From the NCBI RefSeq assembly GCF_000181795.1, contig NW_003526941.1, positions 5,207,352 to 5,241,232 on the forward strand: a stretch of DNA of 33,881 bases. The letters are read 5' to 3'. Positions within the stretch are counted from its first letter, which is position 1. Each line of letters begins with the position of its first letter. Positions 1 to 11,700 of this stretch are shown here, one piece after another. The position numbers and the translations under genes are program-made. Origin of the DNA: Trichinella spiralis. Taxonomy: Eukaryota. The notes beneath the pieces are model-generated. The model saw only the letters and a list, made by a program, of their open reading frames with translations, ran no database searches and was not told the origin of the DNA.

Positions 1-340
1 TGCGAAACAATGGGAACAAGGGATTACGGACACATTGGCAGGAGATCGGGGAGAGGTTTAATCCGGGAAAGCGGGGGGGCTGATGATCAGGGGGGGAGAT
101 TCATGGGCGCGGGGAGATGTGGGGTTTTTTGGGGGGGGTTTGCCCGCGGGGGTGGGTTGTCTGTCAGTGATAAAAAGCGCATTCGGGGGTCCGGGTGCGA
201 GTTGTGAAAAAGTGAAAGTCGATGGTGGCAAGGGAACATGGGCGGTTGTAGTTGAGTTGGGGATAGTGGGAGGCGCCGTGGCCAGGGTGGGGCGAGGTCA
301 CAACAGTGGCAGCGGCAGAAGCACTGATTACGTTCACAGT

Positions 341-930
341 TATACTTACCATCACCCTAAACACTACTTACCTTCACATTTATACTTACCTTCACCCTAA
401 ACACTACTTACCTTCACCCTAAACACTACTTACCTTCACCCTAAACACTACTTACCTTCACACCTATACTTACCTTCACCCTAAACACTACTTACCTTCG
501 ATTTATACTTACCTTCACACCTATTCTTACCTGACTTACCCTTAACTGGACTGCTTACCTATTTATCTTCATACTTACCCATAGCTTTCTTGTCTTGACT
601 TAGATTGGCAATAAATTGCCCCAGGCTTTTTGAAATTTGTATTTGTACAAATTTGTATTGTACTACTTGCTTTCACACTTAAACTTACCTTCACAATTAC
701 ACTTACCTTCATCCTAAACACTACTTACCTTCACCCTTATCACTACTTACCTTCCATTTATACTTACCTTCACACCTATTGTTGCCTGACTTACCCTTAA
801 CTATTAGACTGCTTACCTATTTATCTTCATACTTACCCATAGCTTCCTTGTCTTTTGACTTTACGCTATTTACTTAGCCATTTTGCTTTTTACTCTCTGA
901 ATCCAGAACTAAAATGAATTACCTTACCTT
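341..930 (-). repeat. Tandem/low-complexity array of 5' splice-site consensus motifs (22-bp core unit CACTACTTACCTTCACCCTAAA)
   Basis: About 22 CTTACC copies were counted by eye (GGTAAG on the minus strand, mostly AAG|GTAAGTA). A block at about 440-600 is repeated at about 700-860. Confidence 0.9.
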
Positions 931-1094
931 AATAACTTAAATCTTGAAAACACTAGTACCAAACAATAATTATAAAAAATTATAAAAATCAATTATGAAA
1001 AAATGAAAAGCAAAATTATAAAGACCTGAAAAACTAAAACGACAAAATTTACAGTTTAAAACTTTCATAGTATATAAAATGAAAATGTACATAC

Positions 1095-3960
1095 GTCGCC
1101 AAACTGAGCGGAATCAAATGGAAGTGCTCTGTGATGTATTTATCGGCGTGATTACGAATCTTTGTAAATAAAACATGTTCAATAACGGATAGTTACCAAA
1201 GAATGCAGCAACTTCATACATCTATATCTAAACGTAATTTGATTCTGAAAATATTTGCAAAACAAGTGTGCTGAAAAGTAAAGCATAACAAATAACATTG
1301 ATATAAAGCAACCATATTATAAAATATTAAAGACAAACAACAGTGCATTGTTGTTCCTTAATTACTAAGTATACAAATTTTCATAAAAACTACTTGTTAG
1401 TCATACAACATTTGTACTTCATGATGCAACCTTCAACAGTTATGCGCTGAAATTTTCAATTAAACATTCTTAGCATGTGATAAGCAACACCGCAGTGTGA
1501 ACACTATCACTCATCAATAAAAAACAAAATCTCTACTTACAAAATACTAAAACTTACCCAATCACATAATACTCTACAAAAATACTCGCCAAACGAACTG
1601 ATGGTAACACGCACTACCAGACTTGTGTGATGTATCCGAAAACCAGCGCAAGTCGACTATATTCACGATATATGATACTATTACAATCATTATTTAATTA
1701 TATCCTATTCCTGTGATAAGCGAAGCCACACAGATTTCTGGACCAATACTGAGTAACGCCATTAAGCCAACCTAAACCAACGCAAGAGTATGAACGAGCT
1801 CGATGTTGATGATGCAATCCATTCCTATAATGGGCAAAATGTGTACTTATTTTTGTGATGGCACATTTAGAACGCATTGAGATAAAGGTGACATACCATG
1901 TTGGCAAAAGCAACAGGAATTCCGAAACGTTTCAATTATGTTGACGCACACTATTTAATTCGATAACAAGAAGCATACAGGATCAGATATAAGTATAATT
2001 AGAAGACATTAATAATAGTAACAGATTATAGATACTCAATTACTTACAGATTTTTGTACATTTTTTCAATCCATTCAGGGAAACCTGAACCACCATTAGA
2101 GAAAGATATTCATATTCATAGAAACAGTTCCACTGCACTGACACAACCCATTGCTATAACAAAGTGCATAAAATTCATTCTTACTGTGACGATGAAGAAA
2201 ACCAGAAAGCGGAACTGTTGAGACACATGACGGATCACGGTAGAAATATGAACAAAGCAATAGTCAAACTAAAAAATAGATACTAAATAACACAGAGAAA
2301 ACATTGGATTACAAAATGAATGAAATTCAAGTAACATCGAGATGCACTGCAATTCGGCTTCAATCACTTTTTATAATACGGCTGTTTCTCATAAGCATTA
2401 TTTCAACCGCTATCATGAGTTCATATAAAGCGCACGCAACCTAATATATAGAACAGAAATAAATATAGTTGCATTACGTCCTTCATGATATACCAATAAA
2501 GACAATTCAGCAAAAAATAAAGAAAGTTGAAATTATTTAATAAGTAATTAGTGTCATATAAACAAAATATTTTTTACCCACATTCTTTCCAGATATTGCG
2601 TTGTATTATTTTGTACATCTAAAAAGCTATATTTCTAATGTAAAATTCAAATTTCAAATATACTAAAAACAAAGGCAACCAATCTACAATATTACTTACT
2701 TTACGTTGCACGTACGAATACAATAACAGACGTGCTGCTGATGGCTTTGCTAACTTACAATCTAAATATCTCGCAAATAATCATTTTTGCGCAGCTGCAT
2801 GTTGGCCATCATTTTTATTGAAATTTCACGGGAATAAACAGGATTGCAAATCAACTGCAGATGAAAATAATTATGATGCATAGTGGCATCATCTTCTCAT
2901 GATAGGATTTTTTATATTCAGTGATATGAAAATAAAATAATGTAAATTCTAAAAGTAAATTATATTAATGCAATCATCTATAAATAAAAATCGGAAATAG
3001 ATACTTCTTCGTCTTCAGCATCTGATGTATCTAAAACTTAGCAATAATAACACTAAAAAGACACCCGCCAGATTCCATTCACCATAAATGTAAAGTACCA
3101 TGCATAGCATACCACCACCAAAATATCAAATCCAACTTACCAGTTATTCATGGATGGTGTTGAAGAGCGGAATTATAGTTGACCACGTGCTGGATTGATA
3201 GCATTGCAGTGAACTGCATAACCTAATAAAATCGATGTGCTTGGTGAATTGTATAATAAGTAAATTATGCAAATGACTATTTACTTTGCCTCAGGAAGAT
3301 CAACCTAATTTTCCATCAGTAATAGCGCACTAAAATAAACAATATGAGCAACATTATGAACCGACACGATTAAATTTAGTACGTTTCTATTTACACACTT
3401 CATATTACTACGTAATAGCGCATTGTTATGCAAATTGTTTCCCTAAAATTACCTAAAAGGAAATATTATTAACCTGAAGCATCGCAGATTACTAAAAATA
3501 AACGGAAATGATATCATTGCGTATTTATGCATGTTGTGTAATTTAGTTGCATGAAAGTACAAGGTGATTCAATAATTTATATTTTATCAATGTTTTTCAT
3601 CTAATCGAAATTATATGGATAATAAAAAATGGCTTCCAATGAAAATAGTTTCGAAAATAAAATGCGTTTTCTGATTTATAGAAAATTAAACAGTTGTCAT
3701 GAAATTTTATGATGATAACTGCAACAGAAATTTTATGATATACAATTTGTCTCAGCATAGAATTTAACAAAAGCGCAGGGTAGACATCGTGATGGTAAGC
3801 GGCTGCACCAGTGGGTTTGCCACTTGACAGCTTATTTACTATTAAAATTTTGCTTAAACTAAACTTTGTTTACACCTTATGATGATTTATAATAAGACTG
3901 CAAACTTGGTTGAGCACTGCATCAGCGCGCCACATACAATGTGAGATAAACCTACCTGCA
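1095..3960 (-). pseudogene. Multi-exon spliced-looking unit without a continuous ORF (decayed gene or lncRNA)
   Basis: A series of short segments is bounded by YAG acceptors and GTAAG/GTATG/GTAAA donors on the minus strand, e.g. 1558-1573 (16 nt), 2048-2084, 2185-2214, 2578-2618 and 3141-3222. Segment 3141-3222 has stops in all three frames. Confidence 0.4.
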
Positions 3961-5605
3961 GAAATTAAGTAACTCAACGATTTGCAATGAATTCAGGAAA
4001 CTTAAGCGGGTGACAATTCTGTATTGCATTTCATGAAAAGAATAAAACAAAAGAATCACGAGTAGCCTGGATTTGGTTATATTGCTAGTCGATAACAATT
4101 ATGAGAAATTAGATTTATATGAGATGAAAACAGCTAAGTGCTGTTCATTCAGCTCGAAATAGAGGGCGGGCAGCATTTTCAGTTGAAAGCGATCTCTGTT
4201 CAGCTTAGTACAATTACGAGCTCAATGATGGGGATCATTAGACAGGAAAGGAGGGCGGGACAGCATAGCAGGAAGGAATGAGGGAGAAGTTAAAGGATGG
4301 AGGATGTGGAAGTTGTCATATGCGTCCTTCCACTCAATCTTCACGTACAATATTCAGGCATTGCTTCATTTATCAATACTGACAACATTGATGGGCGTTG
4401 AGTTATTTTCTCAATGACAGAAAATAGGTGCATCTGTATAAGTCAGGGCTATTGGCGATACAATGACATAATAGAAACTTTTAGGAGTCATTTCAAAAAT
4501 GAAGGGAACGTTACTGCCATTCTAAAAGTATCAAAGGTGGTAGTATAAAAGTGTGTTCTCAAGGAAACAGCAGCTTTCCTATGTCATGCTGAAACAAGCA
4601 TGTGCACGATTTGAGCAGTGACAAGCATTTAGGGGTGCGATTGTTCGACTGCAGTATCCCGGTGACAGACATTTCCGTTAAACAATTGGGCAAGAATGTT
4701 ACCTTAGCAATAAACATTACAGTGGGCAGTAATGATAATGCGGGAGGGGTTCAACAGCTATGTCAGAGAACTACTTTACAAATGGATTTGTAAGGACTAT
4801 TGAGAATTATAGCAAAATATACTATTAGTACTATTAAATATTGGCTTGTCCGTAATAAAGTCACGAATATTAGTTGAACATCATTACTGAAGAACAACGC
4901 GCTAGTTTCCATTCAAAAAGACTAAAATCAAACAACTACGAAAAGCTCAAAAAGCGCGCATGTTTAGTGCAGTGTGCCAAGAGAAAGAAAGGAAACATTG
5001 TATGAAAAAATAGCAAGTATATGAAAATTCATACCTGTCAGCAGACCTGTCAGGGATAACGTCGAATGTAATGTCGAAGGGATAAAGCAAACGTAGAGTC
5101 ATACATTTTGTAACTGATGTTCGTAGTTTCTCCATATTTTTAGTCGAACAATCACAACGTATTTGTTGAATTGAACCATGAAAATGACCAAATAACGCAA
5201 TGCAGTAAGTAAATAGACCGCCCTTCAGCGGCGAACATTTATACTATAGTGCAGGTCTTTCAATGAACAGAAATTTATATAAGGAACATTGCTACCTCAT
5301 TTGAATAGCACAAAGTGCACGTAGCAAAATGCCAACGGCAGTGCTTACCATCACATTTGCATAAAGTTACTCTTCTGACCTAGAAATGCATGTTTGCTTT
5401 GAAAGTGTATAACAATGTAATGAGCCAACATTAAAGATTATAGTAATTGCTGAAGAACAACAAAATCCTCAATACGTTACAGATGAAAGTCTCTGTCTAT
5501 CACAAATAATATTATGGCGTAAATTAAAGAAGTATAAAATAGTGTCTTACGTAAATGAGGCTGTACTAGCTCGATGGTAATACTTTGCAGTGTTTAGCAA
5601 AATTC
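2870..5605 (-). repeat. Left arm of ~2.7 kb inverted segmental duplication (partner 26205-28840)
   Basis: Reverse-complement match. The ORF track gives an identical peptide at 4602-4793(+) and 27017-27208(-), and near-identical peptides at 4947-5135(-) and 26660-26863(+). The core at about 3090-5555 is nearly identical and the edges are diverged. Confidence 0.95.
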
Positions 5606-8218
5606 ATTCATTAATTTAAAGTTACTGATTGTTTAATGAACATTTCTTTGACCAACCACTTTGAAAAGAAGAAAAATGAATGCAAAAAAAATAGAAGATT
5701 GGCAAAACATAACATTTACTGAAAACCCAAAAATAATGAATTGGTAATTTAAAATAATGCACATGCTGGGTTGAAATACTAAAAATTATGTATCACGGTT
5801 GTCATTTTGAAAAGTGCCGAACCGGTAACATTGTTATCTTATATGCAACGACAAAATAGAGAAGCTAATTATTAAAAGTATCCGCAAATCTGCAGGCATT
5901 AAACTAAATGATGGCTTCCGGCTTACCTGCAACACAACTTCAATGTTGTAAATGTTTGTGTTGAATTTCATGCTTACGTTTAGCAGCAGTGTTTTAAGGT
6001 ATTAAAATTATTAAAGGCAAATAAATATATTATAAACGAATTATTCCTGGAAATAAAATATCGGAATATAAGCACTTGAATTTTACATGTAATGACTTTT
6101 TACGATGGCAACAGAGCAAAGAATATAATTTTCTTTCCTTTCAGTTTTGTTTGGTAAAATCAACAGAATTTCGATATGCAACAGATATTTTTTGATCTGG
6201 AATGTTGAACCATAGTAATACAAGAATTGCAACTTGAATGTTTAATCAACCCAGTAGTCGGTTTATTTTAGATATTGAAAGAGAAATTTAATACAATTTA
6301 CACAAAATGTATAACCATAAATTTCTATTTTAAACAAAATTCCAGATTTTATTTTTTATTTAAATGAAACAAGAAGAAAAACAATAACTCTTGTGAACAA
6401 GAGCGAAAGAAAGATTGGAAAGATTAAATTTTTTTGCAAGCCAGAAATCTTTTCAGAAAACACGCAGGTAAAATCAGAAAAGTGTTTCGATGCTAACATT
6501 CAGCAATCACCACTCCTAGTTTTAGCTGAAAACTGCAGCTGGTAGACAATTTTATCAAATTTGGATTTTCCCTCTTGGACTTGAAAAGCTTTCCATTAGC
6601 CTTTCTTAAAACAATTTTCTGACAAACAAAAAAGAACCCTTAGGCATTATTCTTTTTTAATTGTTGGCTAAGAAAGGGAATTTTAGGGAAAAAGAAAACG
6701 CCTGTGTGGGGTCACTTTTTTTTTGCACGATTTTTTCCCACGGGCATGAATAAAAAAAAGTGAATCTCTTCGAAAACAGAAAGAAGGCGATGAACAGCCC
6801 CAACCAAGCACAAAAACGCTTGAAGCTGCTTTAAATTCACTTTGCAATGGACATCGCATTGTTTGATGTCAGCATATGTGCGCCATTTGTCTGTGATTAA
6901 TAATCTTCTGTCAACATCAACAAAAGGCATCGGTGCCAAAAGAAATATCAAACAAAGTTGATCTTCAGTTGTAGATAAAATGAGAAATGAAAACTAAATG
7001 TTGTTTCAAAATGATTATTTAAAATGGAATTTAAACCGTCAAATTTATTTTCCTTTTTGGTCTTGCGTTAGGGTTTAGTGCTTAGCATTCGAGGGTTATT
7101 AGCTGATGAGCGAAACAAGATCAAACATCATCATCCGAAATTTGCCTGCTGAAATTGCGATGGATACGGCTTTCTGGACTGGACGGCAATGAACAGAAAA
7201 TGGACGCGGAAATGGATTCCTAATGCTGGAGTAAACGAGAAGTAAACTATGAAGCAGGAAGTAAAATGCTGCTGGGCATAAAGCTTCACGCAGCTAACTG
7301 AGCTAGACAAATCAACCGGAACGGTGCATAAGCTATTTAATAGAAAATTCAAGACTGCAAATGCTATTTTATTATGTGAACAATGAAATGTAAAGCTGAA
7401 GAATCATTAATGTTATTGACTAGGATAACCACTTATTTAAAGCCATATTCAAATATTGCATGACATCTTCTTAAATGTTGCTCTTAACAACGTACACAAA
7501 GAATATGCAAATTTGAAGAAGTTAAACATTACTTTTAAGCATATTAACTTTGTTATTGTTATAATCCTTTTTACGCGTTAAAAGGTAGCTAACACCATAT
7601 CTCAAAAAGCTAAAAAATAGTAAATGCTTCTTTATGTCCACATAAGGTAATTTAATGGTAATGCACCCATATTTGGAAAAGAATTGATAAACAACAATTA
7701 CCCAATCCTTGATCAAAGCTTAATGGCTAATCAAATTGCAAAGTTATTCACCCAATCAATTATCATAAAAATTAGCTAATAAAGTAGTAGATACCATTAG
7801 CGAATTACCGATCACTCGCGTGAAACCTATCTGCGTACAGTCAATCACTATAAGGGGGCGAAGTACGGGGAAAATGGGACGCGGATGATCTCGGAGTAGC
7901 CCGCTTCAAACATTGTTCACTTAGTTTCTTTATAGTTTCTGTTACTTCATGTAATATGAAATGATAATAATAATAAAAATGACATGTCATGACAAATATA
8001 AATTTAACGCATAACAGTTCAGTAAAAAAGGTTAATGCGACCATGCAAGTGGTAGGTTGTATTATATTTGTATTGCATTGCATTGCATCTGTATTGTATT
8101 GTAGTGTATTGTACTGTGTTGTATTATTTTTATCATTTTTTCATCGTAATTTCATTCCTTTGTTTTTCTCAGTCTGAGAACAACAGAATTATAATAAAAC
8201 AGTCAAAAGGTGAGAAGT

Positions 8219-9065
8219 AAAATTTGACAAATAGAATGAAAGAAAATTTAACAAATGTAATAAAATAAAATTTGACAAATATAATGAAATGAAGTTCGAC
8301 GAATAGAATGAATTTAAATTTGACAAATAGAAGAAAAAAAATTTGACAAATTGAATGAAAGAAAATTTGACAAATATAATGAAACAAAATTTTACAAATA
8401 GAATGAAATGATATTCGACAAATAGAATAAAAGAAAATTTGACAAATGGAATGGAATGCAATCTGATAAATAGAATTAATAAAAATCTGACAAATAGAAT
8501 GAAAAAAAATTTGACAAATAGAATAAAACAAGATTTGACTAATAGAATGAAAAGAAATTTGACAAATAGAATGAAATAAAGTTCGACGAATAGAATGAAT
8601 TTAAGTTTGACAAATAGAAGAAAAAAAATTTGACAAATGAATGAAAGAAAATGTGACAAATAGAAGAAACAAAATTTTTCAAATCGAATGAAACCATATT
8701 CTTATAAATAGAATGAAAGAAAATTTGAAAAACGGAATAGAATACAATCCTGACCAATAGAATTAACTGAAATCTGACATATAATACTGCAAAACACTGC
8801 CAATAAAATTGACACACATTTCACTAATACAACGAAATAAAATTTGACTAACACCACACAACGAAACTTGACAAATAGAATGCAACGCCATTTGACCAAT
8901 AAAATGAAATGAAATTTGACAAATACAATAAAAAACAAACTCGACCCATATAATGAAATACAGTTCCGACCAAATAGAAATTGAACTCTAATTTTTCACC
9001 AATTATAAGACATAAAAAATTTTGAACAAATCTGTAATGAAACGCAAAAATTTGGACAAATTAAC
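8219..9065. repeat. 24-bp minisatellite, consensus AATTTGACAAATAGAATGAAAGAA, about 35 copies
   Basis: Directly visible tandem units that degrade toward the gap at 9093. The array explains the F/I-rich spurious ORFs at 8169-8938. Confidence 0.95.
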
Positions 9066-9102
9066 AAACGCAAACACGAACTTCTTCCCAAANNNNNNNN
9101 NN

Positions 9103-10629
9103 TATTGAATTTTGGTTAGATTAGATAAGCTGGAGGTTGCGGAGTGTTACCTTGGATTGAATTAGATAACATTCTTTAATGACAGATTAACATCATTAAC
9201 TGACCTGTTTTTAAACTTCTTTTCGCTCTGGGACACCGTGGTTTGGTCATGTTCACATCAGTTTGTTCAGATGTTGCATCACAAACATCCGTAAGTATTT
9301 AAACTTGCTACTGATTGCAGTTGGATACGTAAAGCGTGCGCATTTTATTCCATTACAGCATTACATTAACATCAAGCGAATTCGATGTTTCTTCTGATGG
9401 CCCTCTGAGTTGAAGTTGACGCAGTGACGTTCATCATTGGTACTAGTGTGGTTTCACTTATCATAAGAGTAAGAAAGAAAAATGATTGTAATTCTAGCAG
9501 ATTACGTTGAGACAGTCGAGTAGCGCTGGTGCACGTATACATGTTTCGTGAGTGCGTTTCCAATGTGATATGACAAATCAGTAAGTAGTTTTTGTTTACA
9601 GCTGTGGATTAGGTCGTCTCATGAAGCCCGTACTGATGCCAACCAGTGTTCACCTGGCGTTTCAATTCCGTTTTCTACCCGTCCCAGTGTGTCTTTACTT
9701 ATCACAAATAGTAAGAAGGAATTTTATATTATGACAGCAATGAAATATGTTAAATAGAACAGGTATCCCAGCATTTTGTTCTTGATAGCAATGGATTACG
9801 TCATCAGAAAATGTTTGTTTAGTCGCAGCCGATTATAGCTCATATATCGATTATAGAGACTCTCAAATAGCGTTTCTTACGGTTTTTTTTGTCACGCAAG
9901 GTAAGGAAGAATTTCATTTTTTGTAGAAGAATTGTTTTGTATTTAAAGTTTTAGTGCGTAACTGTGAAGACGAGAGCCGCATTTGAATGATCTCCATCGA
10001 ATATCGTTTTTTATTATGCTGCTGTTATGCTAATAAGGCTGTAATATGGTATATAACTATATTCAAATGAATTTTAGAATCATGTTTTATTTATATAAAA
10101 TTCTTCATTAAGAGCAGTAGAGATCGTAAAGTACTGGTACGTAGCATTAAAGTAAGTGGATAAAGTAACGCAGGTAAGTAGAGTCGAAGCGGATATAAAG
10201 TGCGTACAGGTAAATGGATTGCAGGTAAGTACTGAAGGTAAGTACGATAACGTAGGGTGCAGGTGAGTAGAATGAAAAGGTAAGTTGTGCAGTAAGGTAA
10301 GTATGGTGCAGGTGAGTAGAATGAAAAGGTGAGTTGTGCAGGTAAGTATAAAGAAGAATGATATCGTAGAGTAAAGGGGATTGAAGTTCGATAGCGTAGA
10401 GGTAAAGGTAAGTATGAGGCGTTACTCTACGCTGAGTGGAAATTGGGTTATTGAAGGACGTAAGTATCGAATTGCAGAAGTGAAGAGCCGGGTGCTAATT
10501 ATGTAAATTTTCGAAAAAAATACCTCAGGAAATGCCCTGGGCATAGCCTGAAAGCAAAAAAAAATTTGCATATCCCCCTGAAGGCAAATATTGTGCAATA
10601 AAATGCTTTGGGCGTAGCCTGAGGGAATA
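9103..10629 (+). repeat. ~1.5 kb direct duplicate of 29697-31183, sitting on a small contig bounded by two 10-N gaps
   Basis: Near-identical sequence, with an identical ORF-track peptide at 9372-9563 and 29955-30146. It differs by two delins events and by read-end noise at its 5' end. Confidence 0.95.
10150..10466 (+). repeat. Array of 5' splice-site consensus motifs (copy of 30705-31020)
   Basis: Repeated CAG|GTAAGT, AAG|GTAAGT, CAG|GTGAGT and AAG|GTGAGT with variable spacers. Confidence 0.9.
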
Positions 10630-11399
10630 NNNNNNNNNNGCCTTCGCTTGTTTGAATTTCAGGTTTGAAAATTCAAAATGGCCTACATAAATGAAAGTTG
10701 ATTTCTTATATAAAAAGACGCTTTCCAGTAAATCGCTTGCAAGTGAAAGCTTGTTTAAGTAAAGAAAAGATGATTTTCGATGGTTCTTTATGTGCTTAAT
10801 GAACAGACAGAAAGCTCACAGTATTAAAATTGGTTAAGGGTGGTAGAAATACTTTCCATAGATGAATTCTTACCTAGTCTCAACGTAATATAAAAATCAA
10901 AAAATGGAATTTCGCAGTGAAAAATATCTTACTTACATCTTACATATAACAAGCTTAAGTCGCTTAATTTAGCATAGGAATAACTTCGCCCTTTCGAATT
11001 ATCCCTAACCCAGTCTTACAGAATCTAAACCAACAAGAAACCGCACATACTGTTCTCGTCTATTGTTCTGCTTCGTGTTGTCCGCGTTCAGCTTCGTCTC
11101 CTCTGCATTTACGGTTTTCTTCACTTCGATATTCATATCTGTAAAAATTATAATGGTTAAATCGAAAATATTCTCATTATCACACTGTAAACTTAACAAC
11201 TGGAAAATAGAATATTATAACAGAGCAAGTAAAAGTGTCTTTATGAAAATGATTATTCTCAGCTTCGAAAAAAATGTAATATAAGTAGAAAAACCAAATA
11301 CCATTCAGTTCTCAATGATGAATTGTAAGGTGACACTAGTATAATACGAACGACGAAAATTCATACACAGCGCATTGCAACTGTAGCAACTTCTGTACA

Positions 11400-11700
11400 G
11401 TGAGTGAAAATTATTTGAAATGATTTGAAAAGAAATAGAGATGCACTATCAAATTCAACCAATGAGAACGATTGGAAAATTCAAAAATGACCTTAACATT
11501 TAAAATTCAGTCAAAATATAAACTATCTGACAAAGAAATACCAAAACAAAAACATTGAGTTAGTCAAAACAAAAATGTTTTGAAAAGAAAAACCATGAAG
11601 TAAAAATGAAGTTAAATATTATGAGGAAAAAAGATGCTTTCAAGTGAAAGCTTTTCAAATAAAAGCTTGCCTAGCTAATGTGTAATTTTCATTTTCAATC
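11400..11700 (-). repeat. Dispersed AT-rich repeat family member (core GAAAATTCAAAAATGACCTT..CATTT.AAATTCAGTCAAAATATAAACTATC on +); partial copy also at 10640-10790
   Basis: Aligns by eye with 33100-33400 and 33725-33881, and in inverted orientation with 24600-24810 and 25680-25890. Confidence 0.8.

Noticed and set aside
1..330. Gly/Arg-rich ORFs 10-207 and 83-400
   Set aside because: G-run-rich sequence typical of a low-quality read end, and the longer ORF runs into the repeat array. No recognisable protein.
355..485. CCCTAAA (TTTAGGG telomere-like) inside the 22-bp unit
   Set aside because: It occurs once per unit and never as a tandem telomeric tract.
341..850. U1 snRNA genes (ATACTTACCT matches)
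   Set aside because: Only the first ~10 nt match. There are no U1 stem-loops or Sm site downstream.
7855..7880. TACGGGGAAAATGGGAC resembling a DNA-transposon terminal repeat
   Set aside because: No inverted partner or transposase was found in the window.
8169..8938. Four F/I/L-rich minus-strand ORFs; CRISPR-like periodicity
   Set aside because: These are translations of the 24-bp minisatellite. There are no unique spacers, and the context is eukaryotic.
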